Source: Leptogorgia sarmentosa
Taxonomy: Eukaryota
NCBI GenBank assembly: GCA_964658305.1
Contig: OZ210884.1
Span: 5,766,001-5,830,000, forward strand
Direction: 5' to 3'
Length of the DNA stretch: 64,000 bases
Part shown: one piece after another, positions 61,766 through 64,000 of the stretch
How the letters are laid out: every line of letters begins with the position of its first letter
Position numbering within the stretch: the stretch's first letter is position 1
The notes under the pieces: generated by a model
The model's database searches: none
Seen by the model: only the letters and a program-made list of their open reading frames with translations
Told to the model about the DNA's origin: nothing
Translations under genes and position numbers: made by a program

Positions 61766-64000
61766 TTATAATACAATATTACCATGGATAAACTATTTGC
61801 TATTATCATAGATCCGAAGCATGTCCAAACGCTGCCTTCAACTTTGTATCTGACTACGAAATACTGGCTTAGCGTGAACTAAAAACTCCTATTATCACTA
61901 ATTTACACAACATATCACTAAAACATAATCTATGATTATGACAAAAATTGAATGAATTTGGTCCGGCTGTTTACGTGCAGTATGACCTCACGCACAAAAA
62001 TAACTTTCTATTGATTTCTACGCACATAAAATGTGCTACCAATTCACCCTTTCGGAAACTGCAAAGTCAGTAACTCGAAAGCGAGGCTGAATCGTTAATT
62101 GGGAAAGTGGCAGACAATGTAAAATTTAATTTTATAAGATATTGTGCCGTTGCTAACTGCATCAATAGAGTAATTCTTACTGTACTCATAAGGCATGGAG
62201 ATCTTACCTCGCATTTGTATGCTTATATGAAAGTGTTTATTTTACCAATCCGTGCTCCCAACTTCCTTCGCACTATCGCATAAAAACGCATTTAATTAAA
62301 CTTGTTCAATGGGCGTTCTTGCACTTTAGAGCTACTTAAATTTGCCTAGAAATAATTAGACACAATTAAACACTTTTAGCGGAAATTTCGTGAGGTTAAT
62401 TTTGGAACTCTTCTGAATATTACCTCGCAACCAAACAAACAACACTAACTAATAATTTGGCATCAACAAAATTCTTTCCAATTCTCACGCCTATGACCCC
62501 TGGCGGCATTCCGCAGAAGGCAAAGGAAACTCTACTATGGTCCTTTAACTCATACAAAATAAATATAACAAAGAATATGCGCGGATGGTACATGCAGCAT
62601 AATTAAAATTGTTCTTTATGCGATAAAATAAAACTGATGGAATCAAACGAGGTTATATTTCCGTCTCCCAGGATGATAACGAGTACATCAATCGACGCAA
62701 CGTGAGTACTGGATAAATTACTTCCGTTTATGGGAGTTTTCAAACGATTTTTCAGCGTATAAAATACAGTAGAGACACCTTAATTGAGGCTGCTGTTATG
62801 ATTAGTTTATAAGATCTCGTGGAAAACGTTTACATGTTATCTATTGCCCATGTACGATTTCTATACATAATTTGAAGATCAAAATTATCAATTTCATATG
62901 TGCTGAATGTGAAAGTGATAGTTGATATTGCGTTGCATTCTTTCCTTTGTAATCGCGGCTACTGAGCCTGACGCCATGTTCAAAATTTAATCATTGCAGG
63001 AAGTGACAGAAGATCACTCAACCTCGTACCCAGGGTCTTGTCTTTATTGAAGTGATCAAAACAAAATGTTCGTTTTCTTTTTATGATCACATTGAATCAC
63101 ACAACTGCTCGAACGAACGCTACTTCCAGGCGAGTATTTGACGCTGCATCGAAAAATGGACTGACTAGGCAGCCTGCTTAATGGATAAAAATCCCTATAC
63201 ATATGAATCAATTTTGAAATTTTATTAATTTTTTTTATATAACCCTAGTTGCATGCAGGAAAGATAACTCCAAACTTTGTAAGACGTAATTAAAATCCTG
63301 GAAGACATTTTACTTCTCTCAAAGTATCAGGCTACACACATTTTACACACAGACCATGACATCGCGGAAGTAGAAAAACCACAATAATGTTTAATATGAA
63401 CCGAATAACTACACATAAACATGTTTTTTTTACGAATTTATCAAGAGTAGAGACCAATTTCAAATAAACGCCAAAGGCAAAATATTCGCGATTTCGAGAA
63501 ATAAAATAGGTCTTTCAGCTCGTTTCAAAGCATCAGGATATAGCCACACAAATTAAACAGCGACAATGTGGAAATAAAAAACCACACAATATTGTTTGTG
63601 AACAGCTTGAATGCATGCATATAGCACATGAGAACCACCAGGAACAAGATTGACCATCCTTGACAGTTTTCACAGAGCAGAATATTATAGGCAAATTCTC
63701 AAAATATCTAGATAAGTACTGAAATAAACCATGCAATCAGCATTTCACCTGACACCCATTCCATTCCTAAATTACCAGCAAACACACTTGTCTGCGAAGC
63801 ATCTCACCATTATTAGAGTTGCCATTGCAGGGAAATGAGCGAGTGTTTTATTGTTCTAAATTAATCTTGACTAATCCATGCCATGGTATGAGGCTATAGA
63901 ACATTTTAATTGCTAACAAACACTTCAGATATTGTGTGGCATCTTATGGGTTATGGTTAGCTATTATCTCCCCAACATTAATATTGACTTTCTTAATCTC

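Larger units (their letters stand above)
59224..64000 (+). repeat. Segmental duplication, copy 2 (3' end and flank of gene E), runs to window end
   Basis: Matches 53568-56626, with copy-specific inserts at ~59311-59611, ~60090-60720, ~61326-61765 and ~62566-63643. Confidence 0.88.

Overview
AT-rich, intron-containing animal genomic DNA, plausibly cnidarian or another marine invertebrate (inferred from repeat style and gene content, not established). No prokaryotic features, rRNA, tRNA or CRISPR were seen. The left third (1-19.5 kb, all minus strand) has the 5' exons of an ankyrin-repeat gene (possibly TRPA-like), a single-exon class A GPCR, a secreted EndoU-family gene that appears to have lost its His-His-Lys catalytic triad, and a cyclophilin-B-like gene with active-site substitutions. 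The rest (22.6-64 kb, all plus strand) is a tandem cluster of predicted GPI-anchored surface proteins. Each has a signal-peptide exon carrying one mature Cys, a divergent 5-Cys Ig-like head exon, a variable stalk (Thr-rich mucin, mucin micro-exons, or 1-21 calcium-binding EGF exons) and a GPI-signal exon, all joined by phase-1 introns. The cluster shows recent EGF-exon amplification, an apparent fusion of two neighbouring paralogues, a chimeric paralogue and a segmental duplication running off the window end. Introns and intergenic DNA hold many non-autonomous elements (Tc1/mariner and hAT MITEs, nested HINE/Helitron-like elements, hairpin elements). All spliced gene models were assembled by hand from GT-AG sites and reading phase and lack transcript support.
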